In this document: positions 47,337 to 54,345 of the stretch, piece by piece | Numbering within the stretch: position 1 is the stretch's first letter | Layout: each line of letters begins with the position of its first letter | Assembly: GCA_964434945.1 (NCBI GenBank) | Contig: CAYSWZ010000221.1 | Coordinates: forward strand, 4,485 to 68,484 | Source of the DNA: an uncultured bacterium | Lineage (GTDB): Bacteria > Eisenbacteria > RBG-16-71-46 | Direction: 5' to 3' | Length of the DNA: 64,000 nt | The notes under the pieces: model-generated | Database searches by the model: none | Seen by the model: only the letters and a program-made list of their open reading frames with translations | Told to the model about the DNA's origin: nothing | Position numbers and translations under genes: made by a program

Positions 47337-48440
47337 CTACATCTTGTCCGGACGGTGCCTCTCCGGGACCGGCACCGAAGTCGCGGGACCAGCGGAAGGA
47401 ACGACGATGGCATTGCCGTCCAGCGTGACGGCGCCGATCCTCGCCAATGCCCGGCCGTTCAGCGTTGCGCCGGTATTCAGCGTGATCGACTGATCCGCCA
47501 TGATGGTGCCCTGGCATACGGACGTCGTGCCGAGGGTTGCCGAGCTGCCCACCTGCCAGAAGATGTTCGACGCCCTGGCGCCCCCGCTCAGGAAGACCGC
47601 CCGGCCGGACGTCAGCGTGAGCGTCGACGCCATCTGGAAGATGAACACGGCATTGGGATCACCCTGCGCGTCGAGCATCAGGTCGCCCGAGGAGACCGCC
47701 AGGGAGGACGTCGACTTGTAGAGCCCCGGACGCAGGTTCCGCCCGCCGAGGTTCCCCGAGATCAGGACGGGAGCCAGAGTCCGTCCCGCCGCGTCGGCAT
47801 AGGCCTTGGTCAGGTCCACGATGGCCTGAGCCGAGGCCGGATCTCCGGCGTGCATCGCACCGACCAGGATTCCGGGCGGGAAGCCGGTCACTGCCGTTCC
47901 CGGGCTGACACCGAGGTCGCCCGTCACGGTGGTCTCACCGGTGTTGGTGACCGTCGCGCCGGCGAGGACCGCGAAGGTGCCGGCGCTGCCGAGATCCGGG
48001 GCTGCCAGCATTCCCGCGGTCGGCAACGTGGTGAAGCCCCACACGACGTTGCCTGGCAGCGCATTGCCGGCGAGATCCTTCGCCCCCGTCGTGATCGTGG
48101 CGGTGTACGCCGTGCCGGCTGCGAGTGCGCTGGAGGGCGAGAACCTGGCGACCTCGGTCGACGCGTCATACGTGACGCCGCCCCGGACGGAAGTGCCATC
48201 CGGCCCGATGATGGCGAAGGTGGTCGTCGAAATGGTCTTTGCGTCCATCGCTTCGCTGAAGACTGCCGTCATGACCGCCGTGCTCGTGGCGCGATCCAGG
48301 GGATTCGTTGCGATCACGGACGGTGCGACGGTGTCGACCGTCATGCCCACGGGGCTCTTGTTGGCGGAGCTGCATCCGGACGCCACCCCGAGGACGACTG
48401 CCAGCGTCAGGGCTGCGAGACTGCGGTTGCGGAACTGCAT
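47337..48440 (-). CDS. Lipoprotein: Big_5 (SbsA-type Ig) domain plus DUF3494 ice-binding-like beta-solenoid
   Basis: ATG 48440 preceded by AGGAGG. Lipobox LGVASGC. APSVIATNPLDRATS...GAKDLAGNAL is the Ig domain. LGSAGTFAVLAGATVTNTGETTVTGDLGVSPGTAVTGFPPG...NIFWQVGSSATLG...GRALA are DUF3494 hallmarks. Confidence 0.9.
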   Translation of the reverse strand: MQFRNRSLAALTLAVVLGVASGCSSANKSPVGMTVDTVAPSVIATNPLDRATSTAVMTAVFSEAMDAKTISTTTFAIIGPDGTSVRGGVTYDASTEVARFSPSSALAAGTAYTATITTGAKDLAGNALPGNVVWGFTTLPTAGMLAAPDLGSAGTFAVLAGATVTNTGETTVTGDLGVSPGTAVTGFPPGILVGAMHAGDPASAQAIVDLTKAYADAAGRTLAPVLISGNLGGRNLRPGLYKSTSSLAVSSGDLMLDAQGDPNAVFIFQMASTLTLTSGRAVFLSGGARASNIFWQVGSSATLGTTSVCQGTIMADQSITLNTGATLNGRALARIGAVTLDGNAIVVPSAGPATSVPVPERHRPDKM

Positions 48441-48562
48441 TGAGATATCCTCCTGTTGGATCAGACATTCGGTCGAGTGCGTGCCCCCGGAACGGGAGGC
48501 GCCCTGGTCGAGGCACGTGGCGACGCACTTCATTCGGTGAACAGCGACACACGAGTAGCAAC

Positions 48563-48577
48563 GCAGGAACGGTGCCA
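48563..48577 (-). promoter_or_regulatory. Sigma-54 (-24/-12) promoter of DUF3494 gene 1
   Basis: Minus strand TGGCACCGTTCCTGC with GG-N10-GC spacing, about 120 nt upstream of the ATG. Confidence 0.75.
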
Positions 48578-48697
48578 CGCGTCGGAGGAGCCTCGAGAGA
48601 CTCCGCAGTTCGTTGCGAGCCAGCCAGCTGGCGAGATCGCCGTGCGTCGTGGAATGCGGAGGTTCGCAGCGGAACGGGCGGCCGGGGCGGACGGATG

Positions 48698-48730
48698 TGC
48701 AAACTCGCGCCGTGTTCTTCAAACGGCGCG
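48698..48730 (-). promoter_or_regulatory. Candidate enhancer (UAS) for DUF3494 gene 1
   Basis: Plus strand TGCAAAC and CTTCAAAC are spaced 20 bp apart. The second copy sits inside the 8-bp inverted repeat CGCGCCGT..ACGGCGCG. About 142 bp upstream of the -24 GG. Confidence 0.5.
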
Positions 48731-48832
48731 GGCGCATCGGGATCTGGATGGCGCCCTGAATAGCCGAACGCTCACCTCCACTCCGGCGTGATGCGAAGTC
48801 CGCCGGCTGGAGATGAGCGATGGGTTCGGCAT

Positions 48833-48847
48833 CGGGGTCTCGCCCCG
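48833..48847 (-). terminator. Possible weak hairpin after DUF3494 gene 2
   Basis: CGGGG-TCTCG-CCCCG, 19 nt after the stop at 48866. No U-tract. Confidence 0.3.
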
Positions 48848-48865
48848 AACAAGTGTCGTGAACGA

Positions 48866-49918
48866 CTACGGCGTGGGAAGCACGGCAGCGTTGCCCGCGA
48901 GTGAGACCGCGCCGATCCGCGCCAGCGCCCTGCCACTCAGCGTCGCCCCGGTGTTCAGCGTGATCGACTGGTCCGCCATGACGGTGCCCTGGAATGCGGA
49001 CGTCGTGCCGAAGGTCGCGGAGCTGCCGACCTGCCAGAAGATGTTGGAGGCCTTGGCGCCGCCGATCAGGATCACGGCCCGAGCCGGGGTCGTGGTGAGC
49101 GTCGAGGCCATCTGGAAGATGAACACGGCGTTCGCGTTGCCCTGGGCATCCAACGTCAGGTCACCCGAGGAGATCTCGAGCGACGAGCTGGACTTGTAGA
49201 GACCCGGAGCCAGCGTCATCCCGCCGAGATTCCCGGCGACCGTGACCGGTGCCAGGGTGCGACCCGCGGCGTCGTTGTAGGCGAGGGTCAGAGCGGCCAT
49301 GGCCGCTGCCGAGGTGGGATCCGCAGCATGCTGCACGCCGGTGAGGATGCCCGGCGGGAAGCCCGTCACCGCGCTGCCCGGGCTGACGCCGAGATCGCCC
49401 GTGAGCGTGGTCAGGCCGGTGTTGGTGACCGTCGAGCCGGCCAGGATCACGAAGCCGCCCGCTGCACCGAGATTCGGCGCCAGCATCCCGGACACCACGC
49501 CACCCTTCGTGAATCTCCACACACGATTGGCCGGCAACGCATTGCCGGCGAGGTCCTTCACGCCGGTCGTGAGCGTCGCCACGTAGGCCGAGCCATCCAC
49601 GAGAGCGGCGGTGGGCACGAAGCTCGCCACCTGGGTCGGGGCGTCATAAGAGATGGCGCCCGCGAGGGGCGCCCCGCCCGGCCCGCTGACGAAGAACGTC
49701 GTCGCCGTGAACGTCGAAGCGTTCATCGGCTTGCTGAACGACGCGTTGATCAGCGTGACGCTCGTGGCGCCATCGGCAGGGGTCGTGCTGGTCACCGTCG
49801 GCGCCACGGATGCGGGTGGGACGGGATTCGGGCTCGAATTGGATGTCATGCAGCCAGCCGCCACGACAACCAGTGCGGCCAGCGATAGAGCGACGAGACT
49901 GCGTGTCCGGAACTTCAT
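48866..49918 (-). CDS. Lipoprotein: Big_5 Ig domain plus DUF3494 ice-binding-like beta-solenoid (tandem paralogue)
   Basis: ATG 49918 preceded by AGGAGG in the same context as gene 1 (CAACAGGAGGAT.TCTC). Lipobox VVAAGC. Colinear with gene 1, with long near-identical stretches (AVFIFQMASTLT, ASNIFWQVGSSAT, MADQSITLNTGATL.GRALARIGAV). Confidence 0.9.
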   Translation of the reverse strand: MKFRTRSLVALSLAALVVVAAGCMTSNSSPNPVPPASVAPTVTSTTPADGATSVTLINASFSKPMNASTFTATTFFVSGPGGAPLAGAISYDAPTQVASFVPTAALVDGSAYVATLTTGVKDLAGNALPANRVWRFTKGGVVSGMLAPNLGAAGGFVILAGSTVTNTGLTTLTGDLGVSPGSAVTGFPPGILTGVQHAADPTSAAAMAALTLAYNDAAGRTLAPVTVAGNLGGMTLAPGLYKSSSSLEISSGDLTLDAQGNANAVFIFQMASTLTTTPARAVILIGGAKASNIFWQVGSSATFGTTSAFQGTVMADQSITLNTGATLSGRALARIGAVSLAGNAAVLPTP

Positions 49919-50030
49919 CGAGAGATCCTCCTGTTGCGTTCGTTGGTGTCGCGTGCAGGCTGCAGGCGACGTTGTCTCGAGTCCTTCGAAGTGAACGGCG
50001 CCGCACGGTGCGACACACCCGGGGAGCAAC

Positions 50031-50045
50031 GCACGAACAGGGCCA
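50031..50045 (-). promoter_or_regulatory. Sigma-54 promoter of DUF3494 gene 2
   Basis: Minus strand TGGCCCTGTTCGTGC with GG-N10-GC spacing, about 110 nt upstream of the ATG. Confidence 0.7.
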
Positions 50046-50161
50046 TTCGTCGGAGGAATCGCGCGGCACGCCCTAGGTGCCTGCGGCAGCGCACGCTAGC
50101 CCCGTCGCTCGACGCCGCGGCGGGCGATCCATCGGGTGTCACTCCCGCGCAGAGAAGGACG

Positions 50162-50192
50162 GAAGTTCAAGATCGCACCCTGTTCTTCAATC
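50162..50192 (-). promoter_or_regulatory. Candidate enhancer (UAS) for DUF3494 gene 2
   Basis: Plus strand GTTCAAG and CTTCAAT are spaced 20 bp apart, about 142 bp upstream of the -24 GG. Confidence 0.5.
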
Positions 50193-50340
50193 CCGGCATG
50201 CATGCGCAGGATCCAGATGCTGACCGTGAACGTCACCGGAACCGGACATCTGGATCCGCCGCGAGCGAGCGATGCGGCACGCTCGGCGGGGCGCCGTGGT
50301 CAACCGTGTCTGCACCGGTGACACACACTCAATGCGAAAT

Positions 50341-50384
50341 GGAGAGAGGGCGGACCGAACAACGATTCGGTCCGCCCTCTCTCC
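50341..50384 (-). terminator. Very strong hairpin terminator downstream of DUF3494 gene 3
   Basis: 19-bp perfect stem GGAGAGAGGGCGGACCGAA / TTCGGTCCGCCCTCTCTCC with loop CAACGA, 50 nt after the stop at 50436. Confidence 0.7.
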
Positions 50385-50435
50385 ACGCTCGGCTCGAGCG
50401 TGCGCGACCTGAGTGCGGCCAGAAGCCGCGTTGCC

Positions 50436-51188
50436 CTACCGATACATCGACTTGACCTTGCCCCAGGTCGACTTGGTCGTGGGTGTTCCCTTGTCGTTGG
50501 TTCCAACAATGGTGTTCGTGTCCATGGACACGGCGCCGCTCTGCGCCAGGGCCCGACCCGCCACGGTGGCGTTGGTATTGAGCGTGATGCTCGCGGACGC
50601 GAGCACATTGCCGAGCGTCGTGGAACCGATGCCGAGCGTCGCGGAACTGCCGACCTGCCACCAGACGTGCCGCCCCTGAGCGCCATTGATCACGGTCACG
50701 GAAGAGCCGTTGGCGACCGTCAGCGTGCTTCCCATCTGGAAGACGAACACCGCGGAGGTGTCGCCTTGAGCGTCAAGCGTCAGGGCCCCGGTCAATCCCG
50801 CCGAAGTCGCGAAGCAGTACACCCCGGGCACGAGCGTCTTGCCTCCCAGGTCCACGCCGGTCATCGTGACGGAGCAGGGCATGCCGGCCAGGAAGCCGTA
50901 CATCGTGCCGAGATCCGCCATCGCCTGAGCTGCTGCGGCATCACCGGCGTGAACCGTCCCGGGGCTGGGCTGTCCGAGGGGAAGTCCCGTGATCGCCGTG
51001 CCGGGGCTCACGCCAACGTCGCCGCTGATGGTCGTCGCGCCGGTATTGGTGATCGTCGAGCCGGCCAGGACCGCATAGCCCGCCGCAGTACCCAGGCCGT
51101 TCTGGGCGAACGCGAACGAGGGCAGGAACAAGAGCGCGGTGAGTGCGGCGCCGGTGACGAGAGCCGAGTGCTTGTAGCGGTACTTCAT
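50436..51188 (-). CDS. Exported DUF3494 ice-binding-like protein (no Ig domain)
   Basis: ATG 51188; signal peptide MKYRYKHSALVTGAALTALLFLPSFAFA. LGTAAGYAVLAGSTITNTGATTISGDVGVSPGTAITG...HVWWQVGSSATLG...GRALA. Confidence 0.9.
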   Translation of the reverse strand: MKYRYKHSALVTGAALTALLFLPSFAFAQNGLGTAAGYAVLAGSTITNTGATTISGDVGVSPGTAITGLPLGQPSPGTVHAGDAAAAQAMADLGTMYGFLAGMPCSVTMTGVDLGGKTLVPGVYCFATSAGLTGALTLDAQGDTSAVFVFQMGSTLTVANGSSVTVINGAQGRHVWWQVGSSATLGIGSTTLGNVLASASITLNTNATVAGRALAQSGAVSMDTNTIVGTNDKGTPTTKSTWGKVKSMYR

Positions 51189-51289
51189 GTTGCACCCCCA
51201 CATCCGTGAAGTGGACCAGCGACTCGCCGCGAACCCTTCTCGGGTCTCCGCGTTGTCCTGGGATCCTGCTTCTTGCTCGTCCCGGTAAC

Positions 51290-51304
51290 GCACGCGTGAT
51301 GCCA
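51290..51304 (-). promoter_or_regulatory. Sigma-54 promoter of DUF3494 gene 3
   Basis: Minus strand TGGCATCACGCGTGC with GG-N10-GC spacing, about 100 nt upstream of the ATG. Confidence 0.7.
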
Positions 51305-51421
51305 CGTTCGACCCGGATCGTGTCCGCTCCCCGAACCCGTTACGAAGGTGGGCGTTGACCGCCGGCGCGATCGGTTCGGGGGACGTGCGAGTGGGCGCCT
51401 GCCGGCGATCCACGAGACCAC

Positions 51422-51451
51422 TTCCTTCAAAGCCGCGCAGTTCTTACAACG
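51422..51451 (-). promoter_or_regulatory. Candidate enhancer (UAS) for DUF3494 gene 3
   Basis: Plus strand CCTTCAAAG and TTCTTACAAC are about 19 bp apart, the second flanked by CCGCG..CGCGG. About 141 bp upstream of the -24 GG and just downstream of the kinase stop. Confidence 0.45.
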
Positions 51452-51462
51452 CGGCGTTGGGG

Positions 51463-53343
51463 CTAGGACGCCACTCCGTCCACGCCGAGACCCCGGCGTC
51501 TCGCGAGGCTGCCCACGACCGCGATCAGCTCGTTGGGATTCGCGGGCTTGGACAGGTACATCTGGAAGCCCGCGGAGAGGATGGTCACGCGGTCGTCGAT
51601 CTTGGCGAACGCGGTCAGCGCCACCGCCGGGGTCAGGCCGCCTCGCGCCGGCGAGCGGAGCCGGATCTTCCGGATGAGCGAGTATCCGTCTTCGCCGGGC
51701 ATGGCGATGTCCGAGACGAGAACGTCCGGCTGCCAGTCGTCGAACACGATGAGCGCTGCCGCGGCCGAATCCGCGACACGGGCCTCCGCGCCGCAAGAGT
51801 CGAACAACACGCCGAGCGCCTCGCTCGAACTCGGTTCGTCGTCGACGACGAGCACGCGAACCCCGTCCAGTCGCCCGAGGTGGACGGAAGCGAGCGCATC
51901 CCCCGCGATCGGGTGCCGTCGCGAGGGGATACCACCCTCTCGAGTCGAGGGCAGAAGCGGGAACTTGACCGTGAACTTGGCGCCGTGACCGGGGCCATCG
52001 CTGTACCCGGTGATCTCGCCGCCGTGCAGTTCGACGATATGGCGAACGATGGAGAGGCCCAGGCCGAGTCCCCCGTGGCGTCGCATCGTCCCGCCGGTGG
52101 CCTGCCGGAAGGGCTCGAAGACGTGCGGCAGGAACTCGGGATCGATGCCGATGCCGGTATCGCTGACCGCGATCTCCACGTGCGACTCCGCCCGTTGCAG
52201 CACCACCTGCACCCTGCCGCCGCGGGGGGTGAACTTGATGGCATTGGAGATCAGGTTCGACATCACCTGCTTGAGACGTTCCGAGTCCCCCGAGATCGGC
52301 CCTGCCCGCTCGTCGAGAACGAGCTGCAGGGCGATCTGCTTGGCGGAACTCGCCGGGGTCTGCGATTCGGCTGCTTCCTTGATCACCGGCCCGAGCTCGA
52401 CGGGCCTCACGTCGAGCCGGAACTTCCCGGACACGACCCTCGACACATCGACCAGATCGTCGATGAGCTGGGTCTGGGACATAACGTTGCGCTCGATGAC
52501 CTCCAGTGCCCGGGCGGTCTTCGCCTCGTCGAGCGTTCCGCTTCGAAGCAGCTGGGTCCAGGTGAGGATCGGCGCGAGGGGGTTGCGGAGCTCGTGCGAC
52601 ACGGTCGCCAGGAACTGGTCCTTCAGGCGCCCGACCGCCTCCACTTCGGAAAGCGATTCCATCGCCTGGCTCTGCCCGCTCTCGGCCAGTGTGCGAGCGG
52701 TCGTCTGCTCACCATAGCTTCGGGTCAGCGCGATGCTGATGAAGATGCAGAACAACACCAACAATACGATGTTCGCGACGGAAAACGAGATCAACAGGGT
52801 CTCGGAGCGGCTGACCTCCGCGCGGGCGGGAGCGAGGTTTCGGATTCGCGCCGACTCGCGGTGCGCCACCAGCGCCGCGAGCGCCAGCTCGTACTGGGCG
52901 CTGCGCGTCAGCACGGCCTCGGGATAGAGCGCCCCGGAAGAACCCTTGCCGGCACCTGCCGCCAGCGCGTTCGCGAACGCGTCCTCGTGCGCCTGCTCCG
53001 CGGCCAGGACGCTGACCAGAAGCGCCCGGCCCTCGGGGTCGGTGATCTGCCCCTGCAGGCGCTCGACAAGATCGCGCGCCCTTGCGCTACCCGTTCGTGC
53101 CGCGGGGGTGAACTCCTTCCCACCGCTGAGAAGGCAGGCGCGCACGTCGGCGATGTTCTTGAGCCCGATGAGCTGCAGTGCCCTCGCGTCCGCGAGATCC
53201 TGGCCTTCCCCGGAGGTGACCTTCGTCATGTTCGAGATCAGGGAGCGCGAGGCGAACAGGGACACGACGGTCGTGAGCAGGACCAGCACACAGATCAGGA
53301 TCACGCCGGTGGTGAGTTTTGTTTGAAAAGACCATGTCGACAC
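51463..53343 (-). CDS. Hybrid sensor histidine kinase (periplasmic helical sensor, HisKA, HATPase_c, C-terminal receiver)
   Basis: Two TM spans flank a helical domain of about 150 aa. H-box FLATVSHELRNPL, N-box NLISNAIKFT, G-boxes DTGIGI and GGLGLGLSIV. Receiver VLVVDDEP...VLVSDIAMPGEDG...LTA...SKP. Confidence 0.92.
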   Translation of the reverse strand: MSTWSFQTKLTTGVILICVLVLLTTVVSLFASRSLISNMTKVTSGEGQDLADARALQLIGLKNIADVRACLLSGGKEFTPAARTGSARARDLVERLQGQITDPEGRALLVSVLAAEQAHEDAFANALAAGAGKGSSGALYPEAVLTRSAQYELALAALVAHRESARIRNLAPARAEVSRSETLLISFSVANIVLLVLFCIFISIALTRSYGEQTTARTLAESGQSQAMESLSEVEAVGRLKDQFLATVSHELRNPLAPILTWTQLLRSGTLDEAKTARALEVIERNVMSQTQLIDDLVDVSRVVSGKFRLDVRPVELGPVIKEAAESQTPASSAKQIALQLVLDERAGPISGDSERLKQVMSNLISNAIKFTPRGGRVQVVLQRAESHVEIAVSDTGIGIDPEFLPHVFEPFRQATGGTMRRHGGLGLGLSIVRHIVELHGGEITGYSDGPGHGAKFTVKFPLLPSTREGGIPSRRHPIAGDALASVHLGRLDGVRVLVVDDEPSSSEALGVLFDSCGAEARVADSAAAALIVFDDWQPDVLVSDIAMPGEDGYSLIRKIRLRSPARGGLTPAVALTAFAKIDDRVTILSAGFQMYLSKPANPNELIAVVGSLARRRGLGVDGVAS

Positions 53344-53443
53344 GGTGTGACCCCGCTCTGGAAAGGCGATTCGAGGATCGAACGGTGGCGTTTTCCAACC
53401 GATGGACCGACGCTGTCCTCACGACTTGCATGCGGAGCTTGCG

Positions 53444-53460
53444 CTCCTGGGGCCCAGGAG
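53444..53460 (-). terminator. Short hairpin after the glycine-zipper lipoprotein gene
   Basis: CTCCTGG-GGC-CCAGGAG, 29 nt after the stop at 53489. Confidence 0.4.
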
Positions 53461-53488
53461 TCGAATCCGCCCGACTCGGGGCCACGGC

Positions 53489-54112
53489 CTAGTTCACGGT
53501 GAAGCTCATCAGCGTGCCGGACTTCAATACGACCTGATACCCCTTGGAACTGGCCACCACGCCCGTGGCGGCTGCCCCGCCGATGAGCCCTCCCGCGGCG
53601 GCATGCCTGCCGTCGCCCACGACGTTGCCAATGAGTGCGCCGGCCAGGACCCCACCGGCGATGGCTCCAAGGTTACGGGCGCGAGTGGAACCGGCGACGA
53701 CCGATTCGCCATTCGCCGCGATCGACTCGTCCCGGCCGTTCACTCGGATGTTGCGGACCGCGAGGTCCAGCATGGCGCGGGCGCCGCGCTGTGCACCCGT
53801 GGCTCCGGTGACCACGCCATTCACCGGGCTGCCGGCGGGAATCACACCTCCATGCCTCGTCACCACGTTGTTCGCCACCGTTCCATGCCAGGCATCCCCG
53901 ACGGAGGCGGTCTCGGAGGAGATGGCGCCACCCAGCGTCACGTTGAACATCGAACCCGACGACAGGAAGCGTGACGGGGAGCTGCGGGACTGCCCCGGCT
54001 GGGAGGTCCCCGCCTGACCGCCATCGCTCTCATCCCTGCAGCCGATCGAGAGCCCGAGTGTCATGACGAGGCCGATTGCTGTCAGCAGCGCGGTGCGTGT
54101 GCGGGTTGTCAT
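53489..54112 (-). CDS. Lipoprotein with a C-terminal glycine-zipper region
   Basis: ATG 54112 preceded by AGGAGG. Lipobox LGLSIGC. Glycine zipper NLGAIAGGVLAGALIGNVVGDGRHAAAGGLIGGAAATG. Confidence 0.8.
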   Translation of the reverse strand: MTTRTRTALLTAIGLVMTLGLSIGCRDESDGGQAGTSQPGQSRSSPSRFLSSGSMFNVTLGGAISSETASVGDAWHGTVANNVVTRHGGVIPAGSPVNGVVTGATGAQRGARAMLDLAVRNIRVNGRDESIAANGESVVAGSTRARNLGAIAGGVLAGALIGNVVGDGRHAAAGGLIGGAAATGVVASSKGYQVVLKSGTLMSFTVN

Positions 54113-54186
54113 CTGGTGTGCTCCTCCTGGCTGGTCACATCCGCCCCGACCTGATTTCAGGCTCGACGGTCGCTCGAGACACACCC

Positions 54187-54201
54187 GCACGAACGGTGCC
54201 A
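54187..54201 (-). promoter_or_regulatory. Sigma-54 promoter of the glycine-zipper lipoprotein gene
   Basis: Minus strand TGGCACCGTTCGTGC with GG-N10-GC spacing, about 75 nt upstream of the ATG. It differs from the DUF3494 gene 1 promoter at one position. Confidence 0.75.
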
Positions 54202-54307
54202 GCGGTTCGGATCGCCCGCCCGGGCACGCCAATCCGTTGTGGAGGTCCGGGCTAGCCGGGTTTCGCGTGGATTTCGAGCGGGACCCGCGGCCGGGATGCG
54301 CAGGAAG

Positions 54308-54339
54308 GAACTTCAAGCGCAGGGAAGGATCTACAAGTC
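54308..54339 (-). promoter_or_regulatory. Candidate enhancer (UAS) for the lipoprotein gene
   Basis: Plus strand ACTTCAAG and TCTACAAG are spaced 20 bp apart, about 132 bp upstream of the -24 GG and immediately 3' of the activator gene stop. Confidence 0.45.
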
Positions 54340-54345
54340 CCGGGC

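Noticed and set aside
48698-48711. A second sigma-54-like string on the minus strand upstream of DUF3494 gene 1 (GGCGCGAGTTTGCA).
   Set aside because: The spacing is GG-N9-GC, one nt short of the invariant N10. It also overlaps the region I interpret as the enhancer.
50436-50480. C-terminal basic tail of DUF3494 gene 3 (…TTKSTWGKVKSMYR), which reminded me of a short sorting-type motif.
   Set aside because: I cannot tie it to a defined family from memory, and it is absent from the two paralogues. Left unclaimed.
53344-53488. Search for a fifth sigma-54 promoter upstream of the hybrid kinase, and upstream of the activator at 55669..55882.
   Set aside because: Candidate GG dinucleotides (for example TGGCCCCGAGTCGGGC) do not have GC at N10. 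No TTCAA repeat pair is present either. These genes probably use another promoter.
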